Assembly (NCBI GenBank): GCA_964437495.1
Contig: CAYTGV010000004.1
Coordinates: 40,413-104,412, forward strand
From: an uncultured Planctomycetia bacterium
GTDB taxonomy: Bacteria > Omnitrophota > Gorgyraeia > B26-G9
Reading direction: 5' to 3'
DNA: 64,000 nucleotides
Shown here: piece after piece, positions 62,675-64,000 of the stretch
Position numbering within the stretch: position 1 is the first letter of the stretch
Layout: every line of letters begins with the position of its first letter
Translations under genes and position numbers: made by a program
Notes under the pieces: model-generated
What the model was told of the DNA's origin: nothing
Seen by the model: the letters and a program-made list of their open reading frames with translations, nothing else
Database searches by the model: none

Positions 62675-64000
62675 ATGCCGACACAAAAAAGAAGAAAAGA
62701 TGTAAGAAATGTCGCGATCATAGCGCATGTTGATCATGGAAAAACTACGCTTGTCGATGCGCTGCTTAAATACACAGGCGCCTATAATTTTAAGGCAGGA
62801 GAGGTTGCTATAATGGACTCAAACCCGCTTGAAAAAGAAAGAGGTATTACGATCTTGTCTAAAAATGCCTCTTTGCAATATAAGGGAGTGCAGTTCAATC
62901 TTGTTGATACTCCGGGCCATGCTGATTTCGGCAGTGAAGTCGAACGCATCTTGAAAATGGTTGACGGAGTACTGCTTCTTGTTGACGCATTTGAGGGGCC
63001 GATGCCGCAGACTAAATTTGTTTTAAAGAAATCTCTAGAGCTGCATTTAAAGCCGATTCTTGTTATCAACAAACTTGACCGGCCTAATTGCCGTCCGGAT
63101 GAAGTGGCAGATATGACCTTTGATCTTTTTTGCGATCTGAACGCGACTGATGAGCAGCTGGATTTTCCGATTGTTTATGCCTCTGGAAAAGACGGCTACG
63201 CTATAATTGATCTTGAAGATGAGCGGGAATCAGTGAAGCCTCTTTTAGAGACTATACTTCATAGGGTATTGCCGCCTATTGCTAATCCTGAGCTGCCTTT
63301 TCAGATGCTGGTTACAATGCTTGATTATGATTCTTATGTAGGACGCATTGCTATTGGCCGAATCTTTCATGGGACTGTGAAGGTAGGAGATCCTGTGGCG
63401 CTTGTCAAGCGTGACGGAACTATTGCCAAAGGCAAGGCAACTAAGATCATGAAATATCGCGGACTGATCCGGGTTGAGGTCAACGAGGCTATAGCAGGAG
63501 ACATTATATCCATAGCCGGGATAGAGGATGTAGAGGTGGGAGAAACACTTGCAAGTATTAATGACCCAAAAGGATTGCCGGCAATTAAAATAGATGAGCC
63601 GACAATATCAATGAATTTTTCCCATAATACCAGCCCGCTTTCAGGTAAAGACGGAGGAAGATTTTTAACCTCTCGCCATATCAGAGAGCGTCTTGAACAT
63701 GAGGCGATGATAAATGTTGGTATAAAAGTTGAAGAGGTCGTGGGCACGGAGCGTTTAAAGGTTTCAGGCCGAGGGGAATTGCATCTGGCTATTCTTATTG
63801 AAACAATGCGTCGTGAGGGTTATGAACTGGAGGTTTCCAAGCCCCAGGTTATTTTAAAGAAAATGGGAGGCAAAACATTTGAGCCTGTTGAAGAGGTGGT
63901 CATAGAAGTGGAAGAGGAATATCAGGGTGCTGTTATGCAGGCGCTTGGAGTGCGTAAGGCTCAAATGCGGGAACTTAAGACAACCTCTACCGGTGCAAGC
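62675..64000 (+). CDS. typA: Translational GTPase TypA/BipA (partial; runs off the window end)
   Basis: MPTQKRRKDVRNVAIIAHVDHGKTTLVDALL (G1), DTPGHADF (G3), NKLD (G4). Not in the track because it has no stop within the window. The minus-strand track ORFs 62782-63072 and 63367-63747 are antisense artefacts. Confidence 0.85.
   Translation, partial: MPTQKRRKDVRNVAIIAHVDHGKTTLVDALLKYTGAYNFKAGEVAIMDSNPLEKERGITILSKNASLQYKGVQFNLVDTPGHADFGSEVERILKMVDGVLLLVDAFEGPMPQTKFVLKKSLELHLKPILVINKLDRPNCRPDEVADMTFDLFCDLNATDEQLDFPIVYASGKDGYAIIDLEDERESVKPLLETILHRVLPPIANPELPFQMLVTMLDYDSYVGRIAIGRIFHGTVKVGDPVALVKRDGTIAKGKATKIMKYRGLIRVEVNEAIAGDIISIAGIEDVEVGETLASINDPKGLPAIKIDEPTISMNFSHNTSPLSGKDGGRFLTSRHIRERLEHEAMINVGIKVEEVVGTERLKVSGRGELHLAILIETMRREGYELEVSKPQVILKKMGGKTFEPVEEVVIEVEEEYQGAVMQALGVRKAQMRELKTTSTGAS

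Noticed and set aside
62782-63747. Minus-strand ORFs 62782-63072 and 63367-63747
   Set aside because: They are antisense to the clearly recognisable TypA/BipA GTPase reading frame (G1-G4 motifs), which lacks a stop inside the window and is therefore missing from the track.

Overview
This is an AT-rich bacterial chromosomal window (the AT-rich character is visible throughout; GC content was not computed). Almost all genes are on the + strand, and the apparent consensus promoter is TTGCAA-N17-TATACT. I saw no rRNA, tRNA or CRISPR array.

1-14.4 kb looks like a defence island. It holds Vsr; a three-gene operon encoding a ribbon-helix-helix (RHH) protein, a Zn-ribbon/GHKL-ATPase-like protein and a 268-aa protein; a class-III-cyclase-like gene directly upstream of a Shedu/DUF4263-like nuclease; a papain-like peptidase; and a tightly packed lipase_3 / PLD(HKD)+wHTH / unknown / HEPN-like gene set.

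14.4-31 kb holds three secreted proteins, TrmO, an MscS-GH65-GT4 operon, and a GC-rich (likely horizontally acquired) patch with a disrupted katG plus an E. coli-type ycaO. This interval also carries nine same-orientation copies of a conserved ~35-nt intergenic motif (GTTGCGAAACTCGTCCAATACGGGGAGCCAAAAT), each followed by a terminator hairpin, and two GC-rich non-coding blocks.

31-47 kb holds two giant secreted proteins. One is 1958 aa with about 19 tandem ~65-aa repeats plus a sigma70-region-2-like and nucleotidyltransferase-like C-terminus. The other is 1674 aa with a HAD domain. They share near-identical promoters and are bracketed by degenerate IS/MITE-like repeats and a truncated Y1-transposase fragment.

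47-64 kb is mostly housekeeping: PilZ, ABC-F, DksA/TraR-like, Smr, Tex, SlyX, a HUH transposase (RAYT-like) flanked by two perfect 33-35-nt REP palindromes, Nox/CoADR, an RlmL-like methyltransferase, a DEAD-box helicase, RidA and a partial TypA.
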